Virus record (IMG/VR): IMGVR_UViG_2773858042_000003 | Span: 1 to 64,000 of that record | DNA: 64,000 nt | Source: a virus | Taxonomy: Duplodnaviria > Caudoviricetes | Direction: 5' to 3' (one strand) | Part shown: piece after piece, positions 52,486-62,405 of the stretch | How positions within the stretch are numbered: the first letter of the stretch is position 1 | How the letters are laid out: every line of letters starts with the position of its first letter | The notes under the pieces: generated by a model | The model's database searches: none | What the model was told of the DNA's origin: nothing | The model's input: the letters and a program-made list of their open reading frames with translations, nothing else | Made by a program: the position numbers and the translations under genes

Positions 52486-55461
52486 AAGACACACGGCCGC
52501 CGCGCGTATGGCCTCCGCGATGGTGGATGGATCGGCGGCCCCTGTGGATGGTTCGACGGCCACGCCCGCCTCGGCCGCCAACGCCTCGGTGTCCGCCATC
52601 AGGGCCTTCAACTCGGGATCGGCGTCGATCAGGGCCGCCAGACGGGCCGCTGGTGTCAGCCGCGCGGACTGGCCTTCATTTTGACCGCCAGTTCCGCCAG
52701 CGCCTCGCTGGCCCTCTGGCTGCTGTCGTGCTCCTCCCGGTCGCTGGCCGTCAGGCTCAGCCGGTCGAAGGTCGAGGCCAGCAGGCTCAGCCGCCGCCCC
52801 CGATAGCTCTCTTGTGGACCAGAGGGGTTCATCGCCCCCGGCGTAGGCGAGGCCGGTTCGCCCTTCGCCTTCGGCCCCGGCGTATTTCTGGATGAGGGTG
52901 TCGAGGAAGGCCTTGCCATCGGGGGTCGCTCCAAACAGATCGGGTCCGGCCGGCGTCTCGGCCGCGCCGCGCGCATAGGTTCTCAGCGCATCGGCGATCC
53001 GTTCGCTCCCGCGCGGTTTCGTCAGGGCCTCGTCCCGGTACATCAGCCGGATCAGGGCTTCGGTCTCGGGCGTGATCGCCTCGCCGCCGAACAGACCCAT
53101 CTGGCCCAGCCGCATGTCCAGCAGCTCGCCCATGCTCATTCGCCCTGCGCGCGCCTCGCGCATCAGGGCCACGGCGCTGGTCAGGGCGGGCGTCAGATCC
53201 ATTTCCGCCGGGGCCTCGGCCCGCATCTTGGCCCAGGCCGGGGCGGCGTCCGCTAGCGCCTGGCCCACGCCGCGCATCCCGGCGTCCGTGGTTTCGAACA
53301 GGGCCGCCGTCAGGGCGTCGTCGCCATAGGCCGCCTGCACCAGGGCCGCCTGCACCCGCGAACGTCCCGCCGTGCTGATCACCCCCCGCGCATCCGTCAG
53401 GGCGTTGGCGTCGCCCGGCGCGACCCGCTGGACGAACCCGCGCAGGAATGGCCGGTTGGCGGCGGCGAACACGTCGTCCCCCTCGATCAGGCCGATCAGG
53501 TCCGCATCCACACGCCGCGCATCGCCGCGCGCCTGTTCGGCGGGCGAGAACGCCTCGGTCGGGGCCTCATTCAGCGACCGCGCCAGCTCGGCCCGGTCCG
53601 CGCCCGTCATCGGCTCCGACCGCATCCGCACCAGGACCGGCCGGTCGAAGCCCGACACGTCGATGCCCTGCCGGTCCAGTTCGGCGGTGTATCGCCCCCA
53701 CGCCTCGGTCCCCGTCTGCGCGCTCCGGCGCAGGGCGATAGTCCGGCCGTTGCCGCTCTCGACCACGCCGTCCGGGCTGACGATGGGCGCGCCGCCTGAC
53801 GCCGCCTTGTCCCGCATCAGCAGCGACGGGTTCAGATCGCGTTCCAGTTCGAAGTTCGCCGCCTGCGACCCCGCCCGCGTCCGGTCGCGCGGCTGCAGCT
53901 GGCCGGGATAGTCGGGTACGGGGAACAGATCGTCGTCATGGCTGGTCTTCAGGTCGCGCAGCTCGACCACGGCGAACCGCACCTGCACCTCGGCGCCACG
54001 TCGCGTCACGGCCGTGTCGGCCTCCAGCCAGCGCCCGTTGATCGACGGCACGGCGGACGCCTCGTCCAGCAGGCTCAGGCCGTCGCGTGCGACCAGCGCC
54101 CCCAGCGACACCGGCGCGTCGTCGGCCATCGCCTCGATCGCCTCGGCGAAGGCGCCCACCCGCTCGTTCTCCGTCAAGCCCTCTAGCGCGCGGGGAGGGC
54201 GACGGGGCGTCATGGCCTCAAGCGAAGGCCCGCCGCCGAACTTCTGGCGCCAAATGCCGGCGAAATCGCCGGCTGACATGCCGATCCGGCCGCCATTGTC
54301 GACGATGGCTTTGCGCGCCAGCATCGCACCCTTGCCGGGATTGCCGCGTTCCAGCACAGGCGTAAGTACCGCCACGGCATCGCCGTCAGGATTGCCCAGC
54401 AGCGCCCGCGCGCCGCCTTGGCCCTGCTGGTGCGCGAGATAGACCTGCCAGGGTTCGGGGTCGCGCCCTAAGGCAGACCGCAAGCCATCGCGTTCGCGGG
54501 CGATGTTCTCGACGCCCAGCTGAACCTGACGGTTGATGTCGTTGCGATCACCACCCCCCAGCCCGCGCCAGGTGCCGTCGGTGATCTGGAACACGCCGTG
54601 CGCACTGGACAGTCGCCGGCCGTCACGGATCGGCCGAGCGCTGGCGCTGCCCGTGATGTTTTCCAGTTGTCGGATGCGCACCGCCAGCGCCGGATCAACC
54701 CCGCGCGCCTGCGCCACCCTGACAATCTGATCGTCGATCGGGACACGGCGACCGGCCGGGATGCCGCTTGGCCGCACCGCAGCGCCGACGCCCCCGCCCA
54801 CGGTCGCCCCCAGCCCTGCCCCAAACAAGACATTGCGGATGCCGTCGTTGGTGAAGCTGTAGTCTTCGCCGGTCCCCAGCCGTGCGGACGCGTTGATCGC
54901 CTCGGCCGCAACGCCGCCCGTGATGCCGTCGATGGTGCCGACCAGGGCGCCGCGACCGACATTCCCCAGTCGCGTCGCCGCTGGCGCCACCCGCAGCGCG
55001 CGAAGGGCGGACGCGCCGCCGCCGATGAACCAGGTCGGCAACATCACCGGATCGGTCGCCGCCCCTGCGATGCTGGCTCCGATGGTCTCGGCCGCGCTCA
55101 GATCGGCGCGGGACGCCGTCTCCTCGCGGTAGCGCCGCAGCTCGGCCTGGCGATGCATTTCCGCCGCCCGCGCCGCGTTCACCGGCTGGTCGAACTTCAG
55201 ATAACCTTCGACGCCATAGGTTTCGTTCGCGGCCTCGGGCGCGAGCTCGTTCCGGTAACTCTCGCCGAAAACGCGCGCCCGCTGATCGTCACGCGCACGG
55301 CGATCATCGCTGGTGATGAAGCCTAGAAGCCTGTCCGTGACTTGGCTCTCCTCGAACAGCGCCCGCATCCCGGCGCGGGTCGAGACCGGCCCGGTTTCAA
55401 CCAGGGCGGTCAGGGCGTCATCGGACGCGGGTTGGACGGCCTGCCTGTAGGGATCGCTCAT
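52465..55461 (-). CDS. Polyvalent internal virion protein with SLT/lysozyme-like and DdrB-like ParB domains
   Basis: GVDP.LA..I..LE, SSA.G.FQ.T..TW, YLAHQQG..GA; LQPRDR.R, GAP.V..DG.VESGNGRT.A. Confidence 0.75.
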   Translation of the reverse strand: MSDPYRQAVQPASDDALTALVETGPVSTRAGMRALFEESQVTDRLLGFITSDDRRARDDQRARVFGESYRNELAPEAANETYGVEGYLKFDQPVNAARAAEMHRQAELRRYREETASRADLSAAETIGASIAGAATDPVMLPTWFIGGGASALRALRVAPAATRLGNVGRGALVGTIDGITGGVAAEAINASARLGTGEDYSFTNDGIRNVLFGAGLGATVGGGVGAAVRPSGIPAGRRVPIDDQIVRVAQARGVDPALAVRIRQLENITGSASARPIRDGRRLSSAHGVFQITDGTWRGLGGGDRNDINRQVQLGVENIARERDGLRSALGRDPEPWQVYLAHQQGQGGARALLGNPDGDAVAVLTPVLERGNPGKGAMLARKAIVDNGGRIGMSAGDFAGIWRQKFGGGPSLEAMTPRRPPRALEGLTENERVGAFAEAIEAMADDAPVSLGALVARDGLSLLDEASAVPSINGRWLEADTAVTRRGAEVQVRFAVVELRDLKTSHDDDLFPVPDYPGQLQPRDRTRAGSQAANFELERDLNPSLLMRDKAASGGAPIVSPDGVVESGNGRTIALRRSAQTGTEAWGRYTAELDRQGIDVSGFDRPVLVRMRSEPMTGADRAELARSLNEAPTEAFSPAEQARGDARRVDADLIGLIEGDDVFAAANRPFLRGFVQRVAPGDANALTDARGVISTAGRSRVQAALVQAAYGDDALTAALFETTDAGMRGVGQALADAAPAWAKMRAEAPAEMDLTPALTSAVALMREARAGRMSMGELLDMRLGQMGLFGGEAITPETEALIRLMYRDEALTKPRGSERIADALRTYARGAAETPAGPDLFGATPDGKAFLDTLIQKYAGAEGEGRTGLAYAGGDEPLWSTRELSGAAAEPAGLDLRPAEPDGQRPGGARQQPEGQRGAGGTGGQNEGQSARLTPAARLAALIDADPELKALMADTEALAAEAGVAVEPSTGAADPSTIAEAIRAAAVCLASEFVA

Positions 55462-55467
55462 GACACG

Positions 55468-55500
55468 ACGATGCGCCCGCCAAATGGGGGGCGGACGAAC
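55468..55500 (-). promoter_or_regulatory. Conserved late-promoter-like motif, copy 2
   Basis: TCGTCCGCCCC-N5-TGGCG-N4-CATCGT-N6-ATG. Confidence 0.65.
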
Positions 55501-55507
55501 CGGCGGA

Positions 55508-55571
55508 CTCAAGCAGGCCGAAGGCCGATAGCCGTCCGGTCGTGTCTCAAGCAGGCCGAAGGCCGATAGCC
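55508..55571. repeat. 26-bp exact tandem direct repeat with 12-bp spacer
   Basis: CTCAAGCAGGCCGAAGGCCGATAGCC at 55508 and 55546. Confidence 0.9.
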
Positions 55572-55584
55572 ACGAAAAGAGCGA

Positions 55585-57864
55585 TCAGCGTTGGCGCTCG
55601 ACCCGTTCCAACTGCGACCAGGTGCGCTGCACGTTCCGACCCGCCGCATCGCGCACCGGAACCCAACTTGCGCCGTCCGCGCCGGGTGTCACGAGCTGGA
55701 TCCCGCTGTTGTCCGGCAGGTTGCGCCACTGGCCCGCGTTGCGAACGATGTCCGCGTAGTTCCGCCGCGCCTGCTCGGGCGTGTATCGGGTCGAGGGCGG
55801 GGCATACAGGCCCGCCCCATCGTTGCGGATCAGATTGGCGACCAACAGCCCGGCGTTGCCCCGGAACCGGCGCGGATCGTCGCCGGCCGACGCCGGGACG
55901 CCCCAGGTGCCATAGAAGGTCCAGCCGTCCGTCATCGGCCCCGTCGCCGTCCGCACGGCGTCCCTGACGCTGGCGCCGCCCTTCACCGCGCCATAGGCGC
56001 TGATCTTGGCCGCTTCCAGCGCCGCCGTCGCCCCCTCGGGCGTCGTCAGGGCCTGGACGAAGGGTTGCAGGGCGCGGCCCAGCTCGGCGTCCAGCCGTTC
56101 CCGGTCGGTCTTTTCCGGCACCAGGTCGTTCAGCTTCTGCCCGCGCGCGGCGGCATAGGCCTGCATCCGGGCAGGGGACGCGGCATAGAAGCTTAAGGCG
56201 CCCAGGTCCGCAGGCTTCAGGCCCGCCAGCGTCAGCTCACGCATCAGGCGCGGCCGATGCTCGGCCCCGAACATCTGCACCCGCGCCGCCAGCGACGACA
56301 GGCCCGCCTGCGACTGGCCGTTCGCGTCCACAGAAGCAATCCACGCCTCGGCCTGCCCCCGGCTGAGAATGCGGCGCCCAGCTTCCGGCACGCCGCCGAA
56401 CTCCTGCGCCACCAGCTGCGCCCGCGCATAGGCCCGCGCCGTTTCTGGCGTGGGGGCGTCGCCATAGGCGCGCATTCGTCGCTGCACCTCGGCGGCGATA
56501 TTGTCGCCCGGTCCGAACGACGTCGACGACCAGGCGGCCGGATCGGCGCGCGCGGCCCGGTCCTGCTGGATCAGTTCACGCGCGAGCTCCAGCGTCCTGG
56601 CGCCCTCGGCGTTTCCCGCCGCCGCTGTCAGTCGCTCAAGCTCCGCATCCGCCTGTTGCGGCGTCAGGGTGCGCAGCCGCGTAATCAGCGGCCGCACATT
56701 CAGCGCCGCCGCCTGATCCAGCCGGACCTTCGTCGCCAGAGGCTCGCCCCCGATCAGCCGCGCCTCATTGACCAGCGCCGCATTGGCGGGCTTGCCTGAC
56801 AGGATGTTGCGTAGATCGGCGGCGATGCCCGCTTCCAGATCGGCGCTGCGCTGCGCATCTTGGACGACGCCATTGGCCTTGGCGCTCTCGACCCCGGCGC
56901 GCAGGCGCTCGACGGTGCGAGCGTCCAGCCGATCATATCGTCCGGCCTTCAGCTCGGCGTCCACGGCGTCGAACTCGCCGCGCTGGATGCGGGCTTCCAG
57001 CGCCGACGACTGTGCCGCCTGCCACGTCTCGTCCTTCAGCTTGGTCCGCAGGGCCGCCGGGGCGGCGTCCAGGATCGGCTGGATCTCGGCGTCGAACCGC
57101 GACATCAGCGACGGGTCGCGCGCGGCCCTGTTGACGAAGCCGTTCAAGCCCTCGCCGACCGTCGTAAGGGTCCGCGCATCACGGCTCTCGTCCTCAGCCG
57201 CCATCGACCGCGCGAACAGGCTGGCTTCCTGCGACAGCAGCATGGGGCGAAGACGGGCGGCGATGGGCTCAGGCAGGTCCGCCAGCGCCTTCTCGCCCAG
57301 CTCGCGCCAGGATGTACGAGTCGCGTCGGCGATGGGCGTCAGCCCGTCCCAGTTCTGTCGTCGCTCGTCGTCGGCGGCATCGAACGCCGCCTGCACGCCC
57401 ATCAGGGCGCGCACGGCGTCCGCCTGTTCCGACGCGTCCCGGTCTGCGGCCGAACGCCGGCCGCGCGTCTCCGCCTCGTTGACGATGGCCTGGGCGGCCG
57501 TCCGGGTTCGAAGGTCGCGCAGCTGGCGGCCGACCGCCAGCCGCACCCCGTCCGGCATGTCCGCCTTGTCCAGGACGGTGAAATGATCGTCGAACGCCTT
57601 GATCTCGGCCTCGGCGAACCCCGGCACCCGGCCGTCGTATCCGAACGCGCGCTCGCTCGCGGCCGGGACGTAGGATTGGCGGGCCTCCTCGATCACACGG
57701 CCGGCGACCTCTTCATCCGCCTTGCGGCGGCTTTCGTCCACCCGCTCGATCTGGCGCGCCGCGCCCTGAAGCGCGTTCTCCAGGCTGCTGAAATCCAGCG
57801 CCTGGCCCGAGGACATCCGCCCTTGCGGGGCCTGCATGTCCAGCGCTTGCGGCAGTTTCGCCAT
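55585..57864 (-). CDS. Internal virion (ejection) protein
   Basis: About 760 aa, helical, MAKLP start; position in the ejection operon. Confidence 0.65.
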   Translation of the reverse strand: MAKLPQALDMQAPQGRMSSGQALDFSSLENALQGAARQIERVDESRRKADEEVAGRVIEEARQSYVPAASERAFGYDGRVPGFAEAEIKAFDDHFTVLDKADMPDGVRLAVGRQLRDLRTRTAAQAIVNEAETRGRRSAADRDASEQADAVRALMGVQAAFDAADDERRQNWDGLTPIADATRTSWRELGEKALADLPEPIAARLRPMLLSQEASLFARSMAAEDESRDARTLTTVGEGLNGFVNRAARDPSLMSRFDAEIQPILDAAPAALRTKLKDETWQAAQSSALEARIQRGEFDAVDAELKAGRYDRLDARTVERLRAGVESAKANGVVQDAQRSADLEAGIAADLRNILSGKPANAALVNEARLIGGEPLATKVRLDQAAALNVRPLITRLRTLTPQQADAELERLTAAAGNAEGARTLELARELIQQDRAARADPAAWSSTSFGPGDNIAAEVQRRMRAYGDAPTPETARAYARAQLVAQEFGGVPEAGRRILSRGQAEAWIASVDANGQSQAGLSSLAARVQMFGAEHRPRLMRELTLAGLKPADLGALSFYAASPARMQAYAAARGQKLNDLVPEKTDRERLDAELGRALQPFVQALTTPEGATAALEAAKISAYGAVKGGASVRDAVRTATGPMTDGWTFYGTWGVPASAGDDPRRFRGNAGLLVANLIRNDGAGLYAPPSTRYTPEQARRNYADIVRNAGQWRNLPDNSGIQLVTPGADGASWVPVRDAAGRNVQRTWSQLERVERQR

Positions 57865-57865
57865 G

Positions 57866-58345
57866 TCAGAACCCTCCCAGCATGGCGGCGAACTTCGACA
57901 CGGCCTCGCCATTGCCGCGACGGGCGTTCGCGTCCGCCCCCATCTGTCCCAGGACGGTCGATCCGGCCTCGATGAAGCCGCTGACCAGATCCAGGCTGCC
58001 CTGCCGCTTCGCCGTCGTGGCGTCATTCAGCAGGGCGACGCTTTCCGTCAGTCCGTCGCGCACCGTCTGGCGCGCCCGATAGACGCCCTGCCGCGCCAGA
58101 TCGTCGATCACGGCCAGGGCTGATCCCTGAAGACCGCCGCCGCCCGACGCCGCCGCCAAGGTCGCCGCCCGCGCGCCGACCCGGTCGCTGTCTTCCAACG
58201 CCAGGGACGCGCGGATGCCCGCTTCCTGTCGCGCATTCTTGGCCGCATTGGTCAGGGCGCGCGCCTTCGCCCGATTGGCGTTGCGCTTGGCGAACCCGCC
58301 CATCACGGAGCCAACCGCGCTCAATCCGGCCGCCAGCATCGACAT
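57866..58345 (-). CDS. Small internal virion protein (pilot-like)
   Basis: Gly/Ala-rich amphipathic ends, AASGG..QGSAL.V.D motif. Confidence 0.7.
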   Translation of the reverse strand: MSMLAAGLSAVGSVMGGFAKRNANRAKARALTNAAKNARQEAGIRASLALEDSDRVGARAATLAAASGGGGLQGSALAVIDDLARQGVYRARQTVRDGLTESVALLNDATTAKRQGSLDLVSGFIEAGSTVLGQMGADANARRGNGEAVSKFAAMLGGF

Positions 58346-58839
58346 CAGAACACCCCTGCAAACAGATAATAGTCCGCGCCATCCGGCCCCCAGGACCGCA
58401 TGACGCCCTCGCGCTTCAGGCCAAGGGCCTCGGCGAACCCGCACGCCTTCAGCGACAGCCCCCAGTCCGCGGCGACGGCCGGCGCCCGCACCGCCAGCTC
58501 GACCCGCCGCGCGCCGACCTCGGTCCGCATCATGCGGAACGCCCGCGCCACCAGCGCCCAGCCGCGCGGGCTCAGGTCGCTGGCGTAAAGCCAGCCGCTC
58601 CATCGCCCATGCCCCAGCGGCTCTATCCCGCCGCACGCGATCGGTCGATCCCAGCGGCGCGGCCCGGCCTTCAGCGTCCAGCACAGGCCGCCGGGTCGAT
58701 CCGGCCCCATCAATGGATCGCCCGCCGCCTTCTGCTCGGCCGCGAAATCGGCCCGCGCGGCGATGCGCGGCGGATCGGAGGGCGAGAAGGGGGCGAGGGT
58801 CAGCCCGCATCGGGTTGTGACCTGTCCGTCAGTCCACAT
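58345..58839 (-). CDS. GNAT-like acetyltransferase (T7 gp13 position)
   Basis: IACGG, ..GW, RRVEL.V, FAEALG..REG.MR..GPDGADYYL.A. Confidence 0.75.
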   Translation of the reverse strand: MWTDGQVTTRCGLTLAPFSPSDPPRIAARADFAAEQKAAGDPLMGPDRPGGLCWTLKAGPRRWDRPIACGGIEPLGHGRWSGWLYASDLSPRGWALVARAFRMMRTEVGARRVELAVRAPAVAADWGLSLKACGFAEALGLKREGVMRSWGPDGADYYLFAGVF

Positions 58840-61075
58840 CGCCGACCGCCCGAATGGAGTGGATGACCATGTCCCAGCCATGGTCCGTCTCCAGAAAGAA
58901 CCGCCTTTCGTAACCCGCGCCGCCCAGCAGCGCCGGTCGCCACGTCTGGCGCCGTGACACCGGCCCCGCCACGTCGCCCGGCTCGCGGCTCAACAGCCGA
59001 TCCGTCTGGCTGTCGCCTTCGGCTCCGACCGTGCCCGCATAGGCGACGGCCGCTTCCAGAACGATGGCGGCATGGGTGTAACGCACCTTGCGCCCTGCAC
59101 CGGAGCCCGGTCCGGCCATTTCGGGCGGCAAGCCCTCCCAACGACTGCGGAACGGCAGACCGGCGTAGATCCGCGTCGCCGTCGTGTCCTCTGGCAGGGC
59201 GGCGGAGCCGCCGCCGCTGACCGCCCGGTCGCGATACTCACCCCATCCACGCCCCGGCGCCGCGCTGGCGCTCGCCTCGGTCGCGGCCATCATCGTCACG
59301 GCTTCGCCCGCCAGATGGTCCAGGCCGCCCACGGCGTTCACCGCGCCCCCGACATAGGCTTCAGCCGCATCCAGGAACAGTTTGTCCTCGGGATCCGCCA
59401 TTCGCAGGATCAGCCGTTGCGTCACCCCCGCCTTTTCCCGGCGAACCAGCATGAACAGGCGCGGACGACCGTTCACGCCGGGCACGACGCAGCTGCTTTC
59501 CAGCGTCATGCCCCCCGCCAGGGGTTCGTCCGGCGTCGGCAGGCCGCGCGCGCCAATCCCATGCCGGTTCCAGCCCTCGACATTCTGTTCGGCGTGGAAG
59601 GTGAAACTGGCCTGGCCGCCGTCCGTCAGGCGCACCCAGACGAAGTTCCACGGCTGTTTCAGCCAGGTCAGCTCAGCCAGCCCACGTTGGCCGATATGGC
59701 CCGCGACCACGCTTTTGTCGCTCTGGCTCAGGCTCTGGTCCGGCGCGACGCCGACATGCCGGAGGGTTTCGCCTCCGGCCGCGACGAAGAGAACGCCGCC
59801 ATGGGCCAGGACGGGCATCACATCCGCCGATCCGAATTCTCCGATGGGCCGCGCCACGCAGCCGGCGGGGCTGATCGGATCGTCCACCGTGGCGCCCGAG
59901 ATCAGGAACTCGCCGTCCGTCGTCCCCGCCAGCAGAAAGGTCGAACCCGCAAGCCAGACGATGCGGTTGCGTTCGTCGCCCACGAACCGACGCACGCCGT
60001 CGTCATCCACCACCCGACCGGTGCCCAGGCCGGGCTTGAAATCCAGGCCCGTCGGACGAAAACCGGCCGTCCGGGTGAAGTCGATGGCGTCCGGCTCGCT
60101 GGGCGGCGCCGCCATCGCCAACCGCTCCTCGCGCGTGACGGCGGGCGCGCTGGGCCACCCACGCACGTCCGAATAGGCCGCTTCGGACCAATAGCGCGTG
60201 CCGGTCTCAAGACCGTCCGGCACGCCATGGAGCGCGAAGGCGGCGACCTCCCTGGGGCCGACATATCCGCCGATACGGATCACGGCGGCGCCGTCGGTCA
60301 GATGCGTCCACTCGACCTTTCCGTCCGAAACCGTGCCGTCAACATGGACGGGCGGCGTGTTGCCGCAATCATCGGTCGTACCGGCGCGGAAATAGACCTG
60401 GCCGTTCGAGGCCCGCCGCGCTCCGGCCGGCACGTTCTCTTCGCCGGGCTCCCACGACAGCACGCCGGGGTTCCCGTCGTTCGCGCGCAGACGGAACAGG
60501 CCGCCCACGTGACCGGGCTGGAACAGATCGAAGTTGGACGTCAGCGTCGAACCGTCGAACGTCAGGACCTTGCCGTCATCGCTGTTTTCGCCGCGCCACG
60601 GTCCATCCAGGAACTCGGTCGGCGTCAGCGTCCAGCTGACGTTGCTGTTGCGCACCAGCGTATAGGGCCGCGTTCCGTCTCTATGCGTGAAGAAGACCGC
60701 GTCTCCGATCTGGCGCACGCGCAGGCCGCCAACCTGAGCGGCGGACCACGGCGTGCCGAAGTCGACCGCCACGCCGCCATTCAGCACCAGATCGCCATTG
60801 ACCGTTCGCACGCGGCCGTAACCTTCGCCAAACTCCAGCAGCAGTGCATCGCCCTGACTGCGACGGAACGGGATGAGGCGTCCGGGCAGATCGGCATGGC
60901 GCGGGGTGCCGCAAAACCATGTGCCCTGACGCCGTCCGGTCGGGCCGACGACACGGCCCAACATGTTGAAGCCGAGGATGCACCCCTTGGACGCCTGCGC
61001 CAGATCGCTGCGCGACCAGGCGTCCGGCCCCAATTCGCCGACGTTGAACGCCTGTTGAAAGCCGGTCTGTCTCAT
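58829..61075 (-). CDS. Tail tubular protein B / nozzle (P22 gp10, T7 gp12-like)
   Basis: F..GEL.P...R.DL, G...RR.GT.F, LEFG..Y.RV, Q.GD..F..H, GW.RH, FLD. Confidence 0.85.
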   Translation of the reverse strand: MRQTGFQQAFNVGELGPDAWSRSDLAQASKGCILGFNMLGRVVGPTGRRQGTWFCGTPRHADLPGRLIPFRRSQGDALLLEFGEGYGRVRTVNGDLVLNGGVAVDFGTPWSAAQVGGLRVRQIGDAVFFTHRDGTRPYTLVRNSNVSWTLTPTEFLDGPWRGENSDDGKVLTFDGSTLTSNFDLFQPGHVGGLFRLRANDGNPGVLSWEPGEENVPAGARRASNGQVYFRAGTTDDCGNTPPVHVDGTVSDGKVEWTHLTDGAAVIRIGGYVGPREVAAFALHGVPDGLETGTRYWSEAAYSDVRGWPSAPAVTREERLAMAAPPSEPDAIDFTRTAGFRPTGLDFKPGLGTGRVVDDDGVRRFVGDERNRIVWLAGSTFLLAGTTDGEFLISGATVDDPISPAGCVARPIGEFGSADVMPVLAHGGVLFVAAGGETLRHVGVAPDQSLSQSDKSVVAGHIGQRGLAELTWLKQPWNFVWVRLTDGGQASFTFHAEQNVEGWNRHGIGARGLPTPDEPLAGGMTLESSCVVPGVNGRPRLFMLVRREKAGVTQRLILRMADPEDKLFLDAAEAYVGGAVNAVGGLDHLAGEAVTMMAATEASASAAPGRGWGEYRDRAVSGGGSAALPEDTTATRIYAGLPFRSRWEGLPPEMAGPGSGAGRKVRYTHAAIVLEAAVAYAGTVGAEGDSQTDRLLSREPGDVAGPVSRRQTWRPALLGGAGYERRFFLETDHGWDMVIHSIRAVGDVD

Positions 61076-61081
61076 GCCGCC

Positions 61082-61113
61082 ACAATGGCCGCGCCAGGGG
61101 CAGGGGCGGACGA
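61082..61113 (-). promoter_or_regulatory. Conserved late-promoter-like motif, copy 3
   Basis: TCGTCCGCCCC-N6-TGGCG-N4-CATTGT-N6-ATG. Confidence 0.65.
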
Positions 61114-61123
61114 CGGCCTGGGA

Positions 61124-61732
61124 TCAGCCGGCGGACGCTCTCAGGGCGGCCACGCGGTCGGTGATCATTTCGTCATCGGCCTTGGCGTCCTGACCGTCAG
61201 CGGCGATGGCGGTCAGGATCGCGGCGTCGGCGATCTTGCGCAGCTCTAGAGCCCGTTCGACGCTGCCGTTCATCGGCCGGCAGGCGCGCGCCGCCAACTC
61301 AAAGGCGACCGCGTCCGCGACATTGGCGTCCAAGAAATCCGCCGGCCGCTCGGTGACATAGGCGACGTTCAAGGCGCCGCCCTGCTTGGCGCGGATCACG
61401 GTCAGACCAGCCTGGTCGCCGGGGCGGACCCAGACGCCGCGCTCCCAGCCCGTCAGGCGCTCGACGGTCCAGAGACGCAAGCCCCCCTCCGGCATGACGT
61501 AGTTGACCGGAAACCGCCAGTTGCCCGGCACGTCGCCGCTGGGCGTCAGGGTTGCGTATTCCAGGGCGCACAGGAAGCCGTAACGCTTCAGGACGGCGCG
61601 GATGGCCGGTTGCAGGTGCGGCAGGATCTTGACGATCCGCGACGGCGCAGGGTCGTCCTTAATCGACGCGACCGTGTCTTCCCCCAACTGAACCAAGGCG
61701 GCGTTGACGACGGCGGTGGCGGCTTCGGTCAT
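61124..61732 (-). CDS. Tail tubular protein A / adaptor (T7 gp11, P22 gp4-like)
   Basis: VN.AL..LG...., L..YGF.CA, Y.MP. Confidence 0.8.
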   Translation of the reverse strand: MTEAATAVVNAALVQLGEDTVASIKDDPAPSRIVKILPHLQPAIRAVLKRYGFLCALEYATLTPSGDVPGNWRFPVNYVMPEGGLRLWTVERLTGWERGVWVRPGDQAGLTVIRAKQGGALNVAYVTERPADFLDANVADAVAFELAARACRPMNGSVERALELRKIADAAILTAIAADGQDAKADDEMITDRVAALRASAG

Positions 61733-61744
61733 GGTTTCTGATCC

Positions 61745-61782
61745 CAAAAAGCAACAGGGCGGAAGGGTTTCCCCTCCCGCCC
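61745..61782 (-). terminator. Intrinsic terminator after the capsid/cement genes
   Basis: Minus strand GGGCGGGAGGG-GAAA-CCCTTCCGCCC then TGTTGCTTTTT. Confidence 0.7.
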
Positions 61783-61880
61783 CGGCAAAGCCGGCCCTCC
61801 GTTGTTGAGCAGCGCGGGCGGGCGGCTATTCACGAGGGGCGCTCAAGCCGCGATCGCGGGCGCGCCCTGAAGGATGCCGC

Positions 61881-62405
61881 TTACTGCGGCGATCCGTAGA
61901 TCCGCCAGGCCAGCGTCCCCGCGTCGGGATTGCCGCCCTTGAAGGTGGCGATCAGTTCGGCGCGCGAGCCGTCGGCGACCGTGGCGTCCTTGGCGGCCTG
62001 GAAGCTGGCGTAACCGGCCAGTTGCCACAGGGGCTTGTGGCGGTTGGCGATGCCGACCGACTTCAGCAGCGAGGTCGATCCGGCGGCCGTCGCCACGTCC
62101 TGCGCTGAAATCAGGCAGGCCGGGGCCGTGGCGCCGACGTTCGCCGCGTTCGAAGCCACGCCGACGTCCAGGGTGATGGCGGTGCCGAAGTCGTCGAACT
62201 CGATGGTCGAGATCGCGTCGAAGCGCGTGTCCCAGCCGACATAGCCCAGCGACACATAGTCGTTCTGCGCCACGTCGCCGGTGAAGAAGTCGCCCAGGAT
62301 ACGGGCCACGCGGCCGTTGCAGAAGAAGGGATCGACCAGCGGATTGCTGTTGATGGTGGTGGCGGCGTGGGCCGCTCCGAGGATAGCGCCGATAAACCGG
62401 GCCAT
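61881..62405 (-). CDS. Capsid cement/decoration protein (Bbp16-like)
   Basis: Follows capsid; beta-rich; D.G....LDVG motif. Confidence 0.6.
   Translation of the reverse strand: MARFIGAILGAAHAATTINSNPLVDPFFCNGRVARILGDFFTGDVAQNDYVSLGYVGWDTRFDAISTIEFDDFGTAITLDVGVASNAANVGATAPACLISAQDVATAAGSTSLLKSVGIANRHKPLWQLAGYASFQAAKDATVADGSRAELIATFKGGNPDAGTLAWRIYGSPQ

Noticed and set aside
55508-55571. Repeat-spacer-repeat as a mini CRISPR array
   Set aside because: Only two units, a 12-bp spacer, and no cas genes in the window.
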